Origin: Phoronis australis
Taxonomy: Eukaryota > Animalia > Phoronida
NCBI GenBank assembly: GCA_002633005.1
Contig: NMRA01000372.1
Coordinates: 39,098-103,097 of the forward strand
Length of the DNA: 64,000 nucleotides
Direction of reading: 5' to 3'
Part shown: in pieces, positions 38,308 to 51,360 of the stretch
Layout of the letters: every line of letters begins with the position of its first letter
Position numbering within the stretch: the stretch's first letter is position 1
Translations under genes and position numbers: made by a program
Notes under the pieces: model-generated
What the model was told of the DNA's origin: nothing
Databases searched by the model: none
Seen by the model: the letters and a program-made list of their open reading frames with translations, nothing else

Positions 38308-39501
38308 ATGGCGGCTGATATCTCAGGACATGACGTAGTAACTTTCAATGTCGGCCGTAAAGGTGGCTCTGCTGATGAAAGAATTCAGTACATTTACGAA
38401 CAACTGAAAGAGCACAAGCCTTCATTGGTGTTCCTACAGGAACTCTCCAGCGCAAGAAAACTAAACAAGTATCTTCAAGAAAGGGAGAACAACCTCCTAC
38501 CGGATTATTACGCAGTGTACGAAGGACCAAAAGATCGTTCCAACGGATACAACAGTTTCATAGTCAAACTTAATGACATACAGCTGAAACCATATGACTT
38601 TAGCAGGACGTACTTGAGACTAAGAGATAATGACGATATCTCGGAGATGGGAGAATTTCCACAAAGGTTATTCATTCGATACCTTTATTTCCACGATACT
38701 CCGGAAACTCCTGTTCTCCTTGCTGCTACGTATCACGGGCGCAGCAAAGTAACCAATCAGGACAAGGAAAAAATATTCCAACAGCTTCTGAGAATTTTGG
38801 ATCACATAAGTAAAAAAGAAGGCTTGCAAATAATTGTTGGAGGTGACTTTAACTTCCAAAGCGAGGCAGCACAGAGGATATTACGAGACCAATTCCCACA
38901 ATTCCATCTTTTCCAAGAAGAAGGTCCTCCAGTTATTGACTACTTCTTATACAATGGGCCAAAAGAACATGTTCAAAATGTACATTTTGGGGAGAAATCC
39001 ACGTATTTTGATCACAGGCCTTTGTTTGCTGTCGTCGACATCTCTGAAGACGTTCGAAACGTTGATAATGGACAAAAATCAAATGATGAACAAATAGCTG
39101 GACAGAGCTCAGTAGCAACTGAGAGTGTGTTGTCGACACAAACCCAATCAGCCACAAAAATTCATGAGTCAGTAAGCAAAAGCCACACAGGAGCAAAAAC
39201 TCTAAAACAGACTGAGAGTGTGGTGGTAAGCGAGAGGCAGACATCTATCAAAAGCTCTGCAGTGACGGAGAACACCACAGAGACAAAGGGCCAAGAAGCG
39301 GCAGTTACCAAGAGTCTTATGGTTATCCATACCAAAACGCCATCAGGTAGCCCCCCCAGCAACCAAGGGTCAGACACCGTGAATAAAAGCTTGTCAGTGA
39401 AGGAAAGTGCTACAGGAACGAATGGTCAGGCAGTTGAAGAGAAAGTGGCTGAACGCTCCACAGGGAGGATAGTTGAGCCCACACAGAATACGCCGACCTA
39501 A
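38308..39501 (+). CDS. Intronless EEP (exonuclease/endonuclease/phosphatase, APE/DNase I-fold) protein with S/T-rich tail, nested antisense in Rh gene A intron 2
   Basis: 397-aa ORF with AAAACATGG start context and an in-frame stop just upstream. Motifs TFNV, VFLQE, IVGGDFN, IDYF and FDHRPL occur in canonical order. No reverse-transcriptase domain follows. Confidence 0.8.
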   Translation: MAADISGHDVVTFNVGRKGGSADERIQYIYEQLKEHKPSLVFLQELSSARKLNKYLQERENNLLPDYYAVYEGPKDRSNGYNSFIVKLNDIQLKPYDFSRTYLRLRDNDDISEMGEFPQRLFIRYLYFHDTPETPVLLAATYHGRSKVTNQDKEKIFQQLLRILDHISKKEGLQIIVGGDFNFQSEAAQRILRDQFPQFHLFQEEGPPVIDYFLYNGPKEHVQNVHFGEKSTYFDHRPLFAVVDISEDVRNVDNGQKSNDEQIAGQSSVATESVLSTQTQSATKIHESVSKSHTGAKTLKQTESVVVSERQTSIKSSAVTENTTETKGQEAAVTKSLMVIHTKTPSGSPPSNQGSDTVNKSLSVKESATGTNGQAVEEKVAERSTGRIVEPTQNTPT

Positions 39502-39848
39502 ACTCAAAACCTAGTAGAAACCCAGAAGAGTGCTAAGTTGCCACCGAGAGTCCCACAGCCAGGAAATACAAAGCAAAAACGAAGCGAGAGAAAGAATTCA
39601 AGATCCTGACAATGACACAGAGCTCTACATGGACGAAAAGCCAGAGCTGAGAGCTCTAAAAGATGCACCATACACTATTTCCAGGAACCGAAAGTCAATC
39701 AGCAATCATTAACTAGTGATTTGATTGGCTCTGTAAGTAATTTCTTACACATTTAATTCTCTGTGATTTTTTAAGTACTCTTCCAATTGCCGGTAATATT
39801 GAAGTCAGTAGGCTATTGTTACGTCACTGACTTAAGTTGTGTGAAGAT

Positions 39849-39921
39849 GAGGCAGTATGGCCTTGTGGGTAAGTGTCTGTTTCCGTTCACAAGGTCTTTG
39901 GTTCGAATCCCATTGGTCCCT
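39849..39921 (+). mobile_element. tRNA-like SINE head or tRNA pseudogene
   Basis: A-box TGGCCTTGTGG and B-box GGTTCGAATCC at tRNA-like spacing; no convincing cloverleaf. Confidence 0.5.
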
Positions 39922-40009
39922 ACTGCTAGGTTCTTGAGTCAGCTCTATATTTGTATATATTATATCGGTTATGTATTCGTACTGTCTAGACAATACAAAC
40001 TGTAAGTAT

Positions 40010-40435
40010 TCTAAAATACCCTATGGTGGTTTCTATGCCAAAATTGTTCAACGAAAACTCAACAAGATGGTGAATTATTGCTGTGTTGACTCAAGAGTTG
40101 TATTAGCATTGTGGTCTACAAAACTGTCTAATTTATTTACCCCTAAGGGCAAAATTCCTACGGGCCTGCGGTCCAGAGTAATGTACAAATGTATCCAGTT
40201 ATATTGGAAACTATTCGATATTTGAAAACCCGGACCAGGGAATATCTAAATTTTCACAGAAGTTCACACATTAATATTCATCTGCAGAGCTCCAAATATG
40301 AGCAATGCTATTTTAATGACTGCTAAAATAGACCAAGCAGAAACAAGGGAGTTGAACATTCGTGAGGCTCTACACATCAATTGGTGCAAGGCCAGTCTCA
40401 ATATCCGACTGGCACACCCCAGATTGTCATTGATA
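40010..40435 (+). mobile_element. Penelope-like retroelement relic (GIY-YIG endonuclease region)
   Basis: Frameshifted KIPYGG..., K.KIP.GLRS.VMYK, YIG.T.RYLKTR.RE.L and L.IREALHI.W.K.SLN, matching the Penelope C-terminus. Confidence 0.7.
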
Positions 40436-41132
40436 GCCTAGTCTATTGTCAAGCCGATTTAACTCCATCTTTGTTTCGTCATACATGTATATGTATATTA
40501 ATGTTAATAAAAGAAAAATGGTTTCAGCTTTGCGCAATGCGCCCTGCTGAGAGGCCAGCGCACGTCTGGTGTAACGTACATGTATGTTAGACAACCTGGA
40601 CTATTTTTGAAATCTTGTGCATTCAGTCAGCGACGCATTGAGTTGCACAAAATTAAACAAGCCACAGAACCGTGTGTTTATTTTAGCATGCGATACAGTT
40701 TAATGTTAATTTAACATAGCAAGGATCGTGTAATACTATATTTTTGTCACCATCTCTGAGTGAGGGTGGATAGTGTTGCACTCTTTCCCTGTGAGGATAA
40801 CACTGTGAAGAAATCAAGTAACGTAGCTTCTAATTGTTCAATAAAACGAAGTAGCATTCGAATAGTCCTATTGGCCATAAAATAGGAATCAAATACGTTG
40901 AAAAACGAACACGTATACTTCTCCATCTATTAAAAATGTCAAGGACTGAAGCTCGTGGTGGCTTCAATTACTAAAACAGATTTATTAGGTGCATTCAACA
41001 CAAGTTGCTGTTTCTGATATTCGAGATTACAAAGCGTCAATCAAAAGAAGTGCATATTAAATAAGGTTAGCGAAAAAGTAAATACCCGTTGCGTACATAT
41101 ATACGAATGAAACGAACAGACCGACAACTCAC

Positions 41133-41316
41133 GTGATTATGTTCACCGATATTTTTCCGTCATGCATCTCAAGTAGACCACTCATGATAATGTGCCACTG
41201 GACGACGAACGAAGCGATCAACATGTTGACGCTGATGGCGCTGTATCCATACCTTCGGAGAAACGTCATCAAGAATCCGAAACCGATGTACATCATCACG
41301 TGAACATCTTGGAACA
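41133..41316 (-). CDS. Rh gene A, exon 2 ([26 protein letters not shown]...)
   Basis: Hallmark Rh motif [18 protein letters not shown]. Acceptor TTTCAG, donor GTGAGT, 184 nt, phases 1->2. Confidence 0.95.
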
Positions 41317-41445
41317 CTGAAATCATGATGAAGTAACTCTCTTACAACAGCGCAGTAATGCAGGACATTTGTCTAACTGAAATAGTTACAGACAGTTACC
41401 AAGTTTTATGGTAAATCCCAACTTTAAAACAAACAAATTTTTAAG

Positions 41446-42766
41446 ATGAAATGCCTGGTGTTAATTTTGCATCTTTGTGTCTTTTATCAACAGTTTCTGC
41501 ATACTTTCAGCAAAGCTTTAAAACTCGCTATGGCCCGTATATATCTTGAAAGCCCTGCGTCTAAACGTGGCGAATTACTGTACTCACTCTACCCGTTCTT
41601 AAAGAATTTTGCTTCATTTGGAGATGACTTTATTAAGTCGAAGTTAGCTCTAATTGGTAATTTCTACTGGCGCGAAGTATTTGGAAGTATGAAATCTTTC
41701 TACAAGAAAATAATTGTTGCAAGTAAGGAGGACTTTTTGAATCAACCTTTGTGGTTTAATAGTAACTTGGCGATAGGAGGCACAAGTGTCTTTTATAAGC
41801 CTTGGTTTGTAAAAGGCTCAAGATTTATTAGAGATATGTATACCTCTGATGGTGATTTCGTTAGTTTGAACCATATGAAAAATAATTTCGATGTAAAAAC
41901 CGACTTTGTAGAATATAATGGTGTTGTTTCCGTTATAAGAAGGTTTCAAAAAGGTCTATTTCAAAGTAAATTTAAAAGTGTTAATGTCTACGCTTCTTAC
42001 ATGCATTTAGCAATCACTCACTTACGGAAAGATTTGAAGGGACATAATTGTTCAGTCTTTTATGACGTTAAGAAAGCTTTTAAGTCAGAGTGTAAATGGG
42101 AAATAGAGTTAGGAGATAGTTTACATTGGAAGAAAATATACGCATTACCTTATGAAATTATGAAGCATCCCAACATTAGATGGTTTCAATTTAGAATACA
42201 ACACAGGATTATTGCAACAAATACCTTTTCACTCAAAATCCATGTTCGGGATTCTAATTTATGTTCCTTTTGTAACAAAGCTCCAGAGACGCTGTCACAC
42301 CTTTTTTGGGAATATGGCATTGTACAAGATTTCTGGAAGGAATTCGGACAGCTAATGCAAAAGTGTCGCATTCAGCTTCCCAGCAGTCTCTCTTACGATC
42401 GAGTTATTCTTGGACTTTACGAGACACATGATTTTCTTTTTAACATTTTGCTTCTAATAGCCACAAACAGTACTTTTGCAAGAAGAGATGTCACAAAAAT
42501 GTAACTAATTTTCACAGGTTTATTACATATACTTATGAGTACTACAATGCTGAAAAAATAATTGCATACAAAAACTTCGTGTATGACAGCTTCTCTGCGA
42601 AATGGGAAAATTTCGTTGTTCACGTTACCTACATGTAGAAGTTAATTACTTTAATCGAGATACGAGAGTGGTCTTTCCTGAGGTGTGCATGCGTGAATGA
42701 ATGGCTGTACTTATTTGTTTGTTTGTTTTTGTACTGTTTTATAAATGATAATAAATTCTTTAAAAA
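41446..42766 (+). mobile_element. 5'-truncated L1/Tx1-type LINE (ORF2 C-terminus with zf-RVT) in Rh gene A intron 1
   Basis: 352-aa ORF with PLWFNSN, WFVKG...IRD, WFQFRIQHRIIATN and CSFC...ETLSHLFWE. Frameshift near 42470; AATAAA and an A-rich tail at ~42750-42767. The 5' boundary is uncertain. Confidence 0.85.
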
Positions 42767-43473
42767 ATTACAATTTCTGATTTCTGGCTATGTTATTGCG
42801 TTGAGGTATCGACCAAAACTCATAAGTTGCGTCTGACTGTGTATGGAATAACCCGTGCCAAACAAATTGCACGTAGAAAAGACCAAGGCGAAATGGCCAG
42901 ACACCGAGTTGAGCAGGGCTAAACTTTACAGAACACAGACAACAAATACATGTTAATTGGAACATCACACTGAACACCCCGTGTCAGAGAAAATATTCTC
43001 TGGATTTCGGTCGTCCGAAAAATTCTCCTAATCACGGAATATTGGCAAAAATTTGAGTCGGATTGTTTCGGTTCTCGGTAAAAAATAAATCGTGATGCTA
43101 ATGAACGCATTATTTTGAGGAATGGATAGTTTTGAGGTTTCACTTACGAACATAATTCGTATAGCATAGAGCAACATAGATATATTTTTGCATCAACCGT
43201 ATATCTCGCATAACATTACGGTATCAGGTCTGTATCACGTTCTGTGTCACTGGCGGATCAATATGCAGAATGTCGAAAGCCGGAATGGGTGAGGCAAGCG
43301 CAATTTTTGAAGAAAAAATTCGCGTCACCCGCATTCTAAATTTTCATTGGCTTTTCCGTCCGATTCGGATGGTAGGTCCGGGCTTCTCGTGAACCCGCCT
43401 AAGCGAATGGATTTCGTCGTGAATGTTGTTAGCCGTAAACGTTGCTGGCCTTTAAATGCATTACTATACTTAC

Positions 43474-43630
43474 TTGGGTAGTATTTCGTGACAGAGTTCG
43501 TCTTCCCCGATAGTGCCCATTTAGCTGCGTCTGCTTCTTCGTCGTACGTTACAAAAACAATGAAAATCACAAGAAATATGCATTCAAAAACAGCGAGGAT
43601 AGACGAAAATTTCCCCCTGATCCAAGCCAT
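43474..43630 (-). CDS. Rh-type ammonium transporter gene A, coding exon 1 (MAWIRGKF...SVTKYYP)
   Basis: ATG at 43630, hydrophobic TM1, donor GTAAGT after 43474. Length 157 nt, phase 1; joins exon 2 to give the Rh motif YYP-M-FQDVHVM. Confidence 0.93.
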
Positions 43631-43682
43631 GGTTGAAACCCGGCAGTGGCTACCTCTTTGTCAATATTTTGCAACAGAAACA

Positions 43683-43756
43683 GCAGGTGCCAGGAGAGGA
43701 CTAGTTTTATTTATAGCCGCACCGGGAAGTTTTTCTTTAAATCTCAATTCCAACAC
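43683..43756 (-). promoter_or_regulatory. Putative core promoter of Rh gene A with TATA box (TATAAATA at 43715-43708)
   Basis: TATA-like motif about 80 nt upstream of the ATG. Flanking blocks are shared with the sequence upstream of gene B. Confidence 0.55.
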
Positions 43757-46700
43757 TATTTTTACCCATTTAAGGCTAACACAGACTCCGCAAAAGCTTG
43801 CGATTTCTGCTAACGTCATGTTGACATCAATTAGAATATGCATTGTGCAAACAGAGACAGTATTCATCACTGCATACATTATGTACAGTAAATCGCCCGT
43901 GCCTTGGAAGCGGCGGAAGAAACATCTCTGTCAGAGTCATAAAGCAAACACGTTGGGCAATCGGACAAAACTTGATAAGTTTTCTAAATAAAGTTTTGAA
44001 GGAAAAATCATGTCAGAAACAAACGGCACATCGCAGTCACCTAAAATGACCAATGATCTCCGTTTTGGGAGTTGCCAAGCTCAAAATTGCAAATTTTAAA
44101 CAGTTATTAACGTTTTGGTTTGGGATTCTTATTTCTGAATTTGCCTTATGATAATAAGGTACTAGGTTATTTTAGGTAATTGAGTAAGCGTAAATCTCGT
44201 TGGTAAATATCTGGCTAATATTTTCTACACAAGCCAATGAAAAGCAAGGCCACTTACAAGGAAAAACATTTTGTAAGTCTGCTTCCAAGGAAGCGACTGT
44301 CCTATCCTCTGTCCCAGGGGGGTCACTCATATTGACAAGGTGAAGAGTGCGTCGTAATATTATTATTCCTGAATTCTTATACAAAATACAAATGATGCAG
44401 CATGTTAATCATGTCATTCTCTCACGCGTTGTTAACCCTTATTACAGGGTTAGAGGATGTTATAAGGATCCAAGAAGTACTTACTCCATAACTAATACAC
44501 AATCCGTTCTCGAAAAACGTTTAAATGAACGCGCCACTCACGATTCTCACCCGAAGAACCACCGCCATTTTGAACTTGCCGCGAACCCGGAAGTACAATT
44601 CATTCAGGAACCCAGGCCTAGAAAACGCCGTCAGTGCGACTGGAGCAGTGCCTGTACTGTTACCAGCCAGCAAACGGGGATAAAATAATCGACAGCGCGC
44701 CTTAATTTTAATAAAATCAAAATACTGACAATTTTATCGAATTTGCTGAAGAAATGTGGCGATTAAATTTTGACAGAAATTATTTTGCCAGACTCGGAAC
44801 CGTAGCCTATCGGACCCGGTGCCGATCGAGACCAGACACTGGCGAACGGTAAACGCATGCGGTTGCAAGCTGTTTTGTCGAAATAAAATGGCCAAATCAT
44901 AAATGCTGCATACAGTTTTGTATATTCAAGGGTAGTTTTAGACACTTGCATGAAATTACGGGCTGGTTAGTCCTGTGTCACACTGCCGCGGCAGACCTTA
45001 GTTAGCCTCAGTCACCAGCTACCAGTGAAGACTATCGTCAAAATACAGCTTGTTAGTAGGCCTATACAGCTTTGCGCCAAGGCTAACCTTAGGCCTAACT
45101 GGTGGCTGGCCACTAGCGCTCGCTCAAACGACGTTTATTTAGAACTTGGGTACTTCTGGCGAACTGTGCAAAGTTGTTGACTTTCAATAGAGATTTTCCC
45201 AGACTTTGTATGACCGCACCAAGCCTAAAAGAATGGGGGGGGGGGCTGGAATTTTTGGGAATGTCTATCTTTTACTATAAGATTCAGTGGGTATGTTCAG
45301 AGCTATGAATTGCAGACTCTAAATTTTGGTACTTCCTGTCTTCTAGTGGAATATTGTCTCATTTTCTACTTTTTTCGGAATTCATGCTTCTGTGACTGAG
45401 GCAGAACTTTTTCCAGTTCTCCAAAAAGGGGGCTCATTCGAGCACATAAGTATGACAAGTCCAATACAACATGTTATCATTTTTTATTCATTAAGCCAAA
45501 ATGATTCAAACTTTTAATAAAGTAACTTAAAATGCACAATATTTACAACATTTAGCATTACAAACACTATTCAACAGCAACAGTTTCCATGATATGAAAG
45601 TGGACATACATGTAACTATTACCATGGTGACGGAATAGTGTTTCCTTACACCAGTATTTAACAAGCATCATTTAAAAAAATATGAAGTTGCAAGGAACAA
45701 GAATTAGAGGCTTGAAGCTTCACAATGCAACATAGCTTATTTCTCAAATTAAGATTATTCATATTGTTGACTTGATAACCTGAATTAAGAAGCAATAAGT
45801 TACAAAACATGACTTGAAAGCAATTGAGACTTAAAATTTAGAAAAATATGAATCATTTTGTGACACCGAATCAAGTCTTGAACAGCAGTTGACAGTCAAA
45901 CAAAAAAACATTTCAAAATNCTAAACACCAATGCTATTTTAACATACTAAGTACACGTAACATTCCAAAAAAATCAACAACCACTAACTACAAACTATAA
46001 ATACACTACATATGCAATCGAATCACGAGATATTACTAATAACACAAAATAATGAAGACTTTTCGAGCAAGCGATAGCACATTCAGTTACAAGGAAAAAA
46101 TTTCGGCGTTCAGGACAAATTCCTGAACTGATGAGCCGGAAATGTGGGTACGGAAATAACCGATGACAGCCGGTAATTATACGCTCACCGAGAAGGGTCA
46201 AACACTGTTAAAAATCGCTTTTGGCAAGAAAGGCGAAAAGAATATAAAGAAAGGGTGTCGAAAATAAGATTTTATGTAGTAAGTATTTTCGGATACTGGA
46301 ACCACATGGGCAGTTTGAGAGAAGCACTTTAAGAACAATGGAAGTGAAGTATGAAAAAAATACTAGGCAATAGGAATATTTTTGTAAAACGGAAAATTTG
46401 CTATTTTTTGGCACACTTTTAGTCATTTTTGATTTGCGCTATAGAATTTATATTCCTGCATATTTCTAAAAGAGAAATACTTAAGAAAATGTCTGAACTC
46501 CTTAAAGTATGCAGGTAGACAAAACGAAGACTACATCGGGACATTTTGGGGCAATTTTGTTGTTTGTAATTGTAACACGCATGAACAAATGATAAATTAA
46601 ATATCTCGGAATGAATGTATGTTTTGTGTCAAAAACTAATCCAAAAAAATCATGAGACTCTTCATAAACACACCCTGATCGGCCTTGCATTGAATGCTTG

Positions 46701-47035
46701 TGTAAATATGCACATCCGCTGTCACGCAACCCTTTAATGGTTTTGTAAAATTATGTTACATTTATTGATGATTATGGCACACCTTTGATAAAACCTGCTA
46801 ATTGATTTTGCTTTATTCGTGTCGTTCTGTAGTACGCGTTTCATACTGCATTTACATGTAGTTGATATATCTGTTTGCATTAGTTGGTAACTATGGGACT
46901 ATTTTTGAATATCTAAATATAACTACATGTTTTGACTTACAGCCATATACATCTTTAGTTTTGGCTATTAATTTCTTCATATATAATGCATTAGCTGTAC
47001 GCAGCTAAACCATTCCATGCATTGTGTACATGAAT

Positions 47036-47252
47036 TGCCGCTGTGGTGCTGTGGTTTGAGCTCTGCAAAGTAACCCGTTTGGGAGAGCCGGGTTCGAATC
47101 CCGGCCATTACTGGCAGGCAGTCGAGCGTTACCCAAATGTGTCTCCCATTTCCCTTATCGCGGTCTTGCTTGTGAATGATTTCAAGGGAGTGAATGAGAA
47201 CCTGGATGTAACACGAATGCGATTTCTGGGGGTGTGCTTATAAAAAACTGCC
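47036..47252 (+). mobile_element. tRNA-derived SINE, same family as 13393-13628
   Basis: A-box TGGTGCTGTGG, B-box GGTTCGAATCC, shared 3' body. Confidence 0.7.
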
Positions 47253-49165
47253 TTGGCAACCATTTACGCATTTTCAAAAGTTTCTTACTGGTTATGGTAT
47301 ATGTTTAATAGAACAAATTGTGTTTGCATCCGGCAATATAAATTGTTTAAAATTTCGGTGGCGAGTGTCGTGTGCAGTTGTAATAATTCTAAAACACACC
47401 TTTACCATGGTAACGGGACACTTTCAAGCTTGGCACTTCCCTCAGAATGTAGGAAGAGTCACTAAAATTATCTGACCATGGTTATCTTCCTTCTAAAATG
47501 GCTACTATCAAGCCTAAAAATAGGTGCTCTTGACCTTGAAAATACCTGGTTACTGTGGTAACAATAGTTAGCCCCAATGTAGCCAAAGAGTCGCATCAAA
47601 TTCACTTGACAAGGAGGCTTGTTGGTCCTGCTCACTGTAACATGACGGATTTGATTGACAGTGACCTGGTTATTATGACACCGGTGCATATTTTGCTTGG
47701 CATCTCCCTAACTTTCAGAAGAGGGTCACTAGATAAGTATTTTGAGCATGCATGGTCCACTGCTTGTAACATGACTTCGCCGAAAATTGTTGATTTTGGA
47801 CTGTTGATTATCATAATTTGTAGGTTCAGCGATTGGCCAAGTTTCATGTTCAATGAACCGTGATGTGCGGCAAATCAAGCAGACACAACCCATGATGCAT
47901 ACACGTTCAAATAGTTACAAATTACAAGTTTTACAAGACACAAGCTCCCTAGAATATTAAAAACGTGTAATGCGTCTACCGGACACCAAAAACAATTGTC
48001 TTTGACCTTCTCTCGTGTCTATGTTTCTTATTTAGAAATGGCACAACGGCTAGTTTTTCATCCTTCTTGTGCACTAAATAACCCCTCATTGAATTTTGCT
48101 GCATGTTCATTTTGTTAAATGCACACCAGCAGCTGAACTGCAGCGAGCACACTTACATGTACACGTGTATTTCAGAGGGATCAAAGAAAGCACTGTCTCA
48201 GTGTCAGTGATACGATGTTTTCTCATTTTGGACTAAATAATTAACATTTTTGAAGACTTTCCGGATTTAGGAGACGACGGCTGAAAAGCAGAAAGCGCGT
48301 CCGTCATACTTTAAGAAGTTATAGCTCTATAAAATACCATACCCCACTAAAAGCTGATGGTAATCGAATGGATTTGTACTTATGTATTGTCCACCAAATT
48401 GCGTAGTCATTGTTTTTTTAATTCTTCCACGTTTGCACGAGGGGCTGCTGTGACATATATTGAACCACAATCCTGATGTTTCACTCACGAAGCAAACGTT
48501 TCAAGCATTGACTCACTTCAGTAAAATGCGTATCATTATAATGTTTACAATCTTCAGTTTAGATCACGGATTGCTTTTGGTGGTCTTTTCTGGGAACGCA
48601 TGCCATGGCAGTTTTGTCTGCCATCGACACACAAACCTACATGTAGTTTTCTCAGTGGTCAGGGCCTGACAACAGGGGTACACTTGTAGAAGTCACATTC
48701 CAGCAAAAAGTAAACCAAGGAGGTCTGTTTTGTCATTTTTATTGCATGATCGAGATTCACTGACACGTAGCGATCTATAAATCTGAGGTGGATATTTATT
48801 TAGCTCTCAGATATTATAAGACTTAATTATGGAAAAAATATGAATTTCTGTATTGACTAACTGGGTCAACAAGAAATAAGTGGCCTGATGACATAGTTGT
48901 CTGGTTGTCATGAGAGTCAATGAATGTTAACTATATATTGGTGTCAATATTAATTTAAGCTTATCGTGTCGACAAGGTTCCAAGAAGCAGCGTTCCCTCT
49001 CAGCTTATGACGCACATGTCCACTCCTGCACGCCAACGAATGACAAAGGTCAGAGTTCATACGTGTGTGAACTGCAGTTGTCATTAAACAGGTTTGAATT
49101 GTGTGGCACGTAAACAGAGACGGCATCGTGTTATGCGACATACGGTGTGGTTTGAAGAGGTCGAA

Positions 49166-49243
49166 ATGCATATAATTTTGTTATTTGCTACTTTGGTCTT
49201 GACTTCGGCTGCCGCTGTTGAAGATTGTACGCCAAAAGATAGT
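49166..49243 (+). CDS. IL-17-receptor-like type I membrane protein, exon 1 (signal peptide MHIILLFATLVLTSAAA-VEDCTPKDS)
   Basis: Signal-peptide-like N-terminus; phase-0 GTGAGT donor matches the next exon. An alternative in-frame ATG lies at 49133. Confidence 0.75.
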
Positions 49244-50600
49244 GTGAGTGACTATGGGTTTAACGCCCGTTTCTGTGCTTTGACTGTAATTCCAGTGACC
49301 GAGTTGTACCAATTCAAACATCGGCTGACTTCCGGCTTTCCGGTCTACTGTGGCATTAACCCAGATAGAGTTCAATGACGCTGGTACTTCGCTAGACAAG
49401 CAAGATCTTGTAATATTCCACGAGATATTATCGTATCTTTCAATGAGAGAACATATGGCTATATTTCTCTCCGCGACTCTGCATTGGCTATATGTACTGT
49501 TATTTTAATAAAGAAATTGTTTTTTCATGACGAAAATATTCAAGACACGTTTCCAAGTATACCAGTTTCCTCGTTTTTGTAAGTGTATTAAAGAAAATGT
49601 GGCGTAGGAGAAAGCGATGAGTACGTATGTTCCGGACTTGTGGAAGATGTTGGTGATTTGTCCCTTCTGAGCGTATCGCTTAGCTCTGTTCCATTACACG
49701 GCACCAACATGTGGCTTAAGGCGTTAGCGTGGTTTGACTATGCACGTACATGTAGAGGTGGTTCGTCGGAACAGATAGCTACTACGAGGTTGTGTTTAAG
49801 CTTGTTCTATTGTAATAGCTGAAGCGAGACATATGTAGAACATAAGTCAAGCCAGGTAAAACTGAACTAAATCTTAATACCAATATGCAGATTCTAAATC
49901 ATACATTTTAGGTCGCGAAACAGACTGACTTGAAAAGAACGCAGCCATACAAGGGCTAGATGACATAATAATCAACCAATCAGATAATGTATATAAGAAA
50001 TATACTGTGCTCACTAGCAGATCTGGGAAGAGGAACACGTTCTCTGAGACAGTGGGTTATTAACAAGTGAAAGTTAGGCAGTGAGAAGGCTAAAATACAC
50101 AAACACATTTTGCGACATCAAATTAAGTATTTGAACAACGCTACAGGGAACTACGTTGTGTTTGGGATTAAAAGTTGAGGCACCGCGCATGACCTTACAT
50201 TCGCCATGCTTTTGATTACGCTGGCAGTGAGTTCACAACTCTGGTGTTAGGCCAACCATGTTCGCGTGAAGGTTTAGTTTTTATCGCACTGGATTCACCT
50301 GTTATCTGTGTACACTATCTATAATGTACATATTACTTTTTACGGCAGTTTGTGAATCTCAAGAACTACAGGGCAGTTGACCTATTTTCGTCGAATGACT
50401 ATCAAATCCATATTGTGTCGACAGAAAACAACAAGGGTACATTCTCATTTACTGGGTTCGGGATGTTCCGCTAAAAGCAATGTCACTTTTTGAGCGAAAA
50501 CACATGCCTATACCCTGAATGTGTATCTCAACCGTTATGTATGGCCCATTTTGGGCGGTACAGGGTCAAATTTAATTTTATTAGAAACCATGTTCAAATA

Positions 50601-50763
50601 CAGATGCGGATCCTGGATTTTGAGTTAGGAGGTGGGCAGGGCAGACTTTCAGCCAGGATTTTGCCCTTCAGACATTCGCACCCCCGAAGTTCTAATGGAA
50701 TTTGGTGGAATTTTAGGGGGAGGGGGGCATGCCCCCCTTGGACCCCCTGTAAATCCGCCACTG
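50601..50763 (-). mobile_element. hAT-type MITE with 5-bp TSD (AAATA), reverse orientation
   Basis: CAGATGCGGATCC...AAATCCGCCACTG; reverse complement of the family consensus. Confidence 0.75.
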
Positions 50764-51360
50764 AAATATCGCGCTCCCATCTCAGGATTACTGCAGTCAA
50801 AAGGTGCCGTTATATAGCCTGTCATTAATAGATGTCATTAATTTCAGGCTTGCATGTACATGTATACGAACGGATGCGTTTAGTTACGGAAATTTCAGAA
50901 ACCCCGCTATTCAAAAGTTGCAAAAGGTGTTCTGCAGAAGATTTGAACAGACACATTTTTCGGGATTCCAGGAATTATCGTTTTGAAACATTTTGGCGAA
51001 GATACGGCATATTCATAGTTGAGTCGTGCAAGATATCGCTCCCTTGATGGTCTCAATTACGTAATTGTTATTGACTTTACTTAGAATTGACAATCCCAAC
51101 CTTATGTCAACAAGGAAGTTACGTTCGAGATATGCAGTTAAAGTCCTACAGTTATAACTACTGTAAACGTATACTGGTGATTAAAAGCTGAATGAATATC
51201 GTGGCTTGTAATAGTAAGCGATACTTAAAGGAAATCGGCGGAGAAATATCATTTCCACATTCCCTGGACACAGTCATTCATAAAATACCTAATAAATGAA
51301 AAGTTGGGAGACATACATACGGAAATAAGTCCGCTGAACAAACGAGCACGATTCACAAAC

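Noticed and set aside
39849-39921. Functional tRNA gene (also considered at 13393 and 47036)
   Set aside because: A and B boxes are present but acceptor and anticodon stems do not pair; two of the three share a SINE body.
41446-42504. 352-aa ORF as a host gene, or as the partner of the EEP ORF in one LINE
   Set aside because: It is the ORF2 C-terminus of a truncated LINE with a frameshift and A-tail. It is separated from the EEP ORF by Rh exon 2, and no RT core lies between them.
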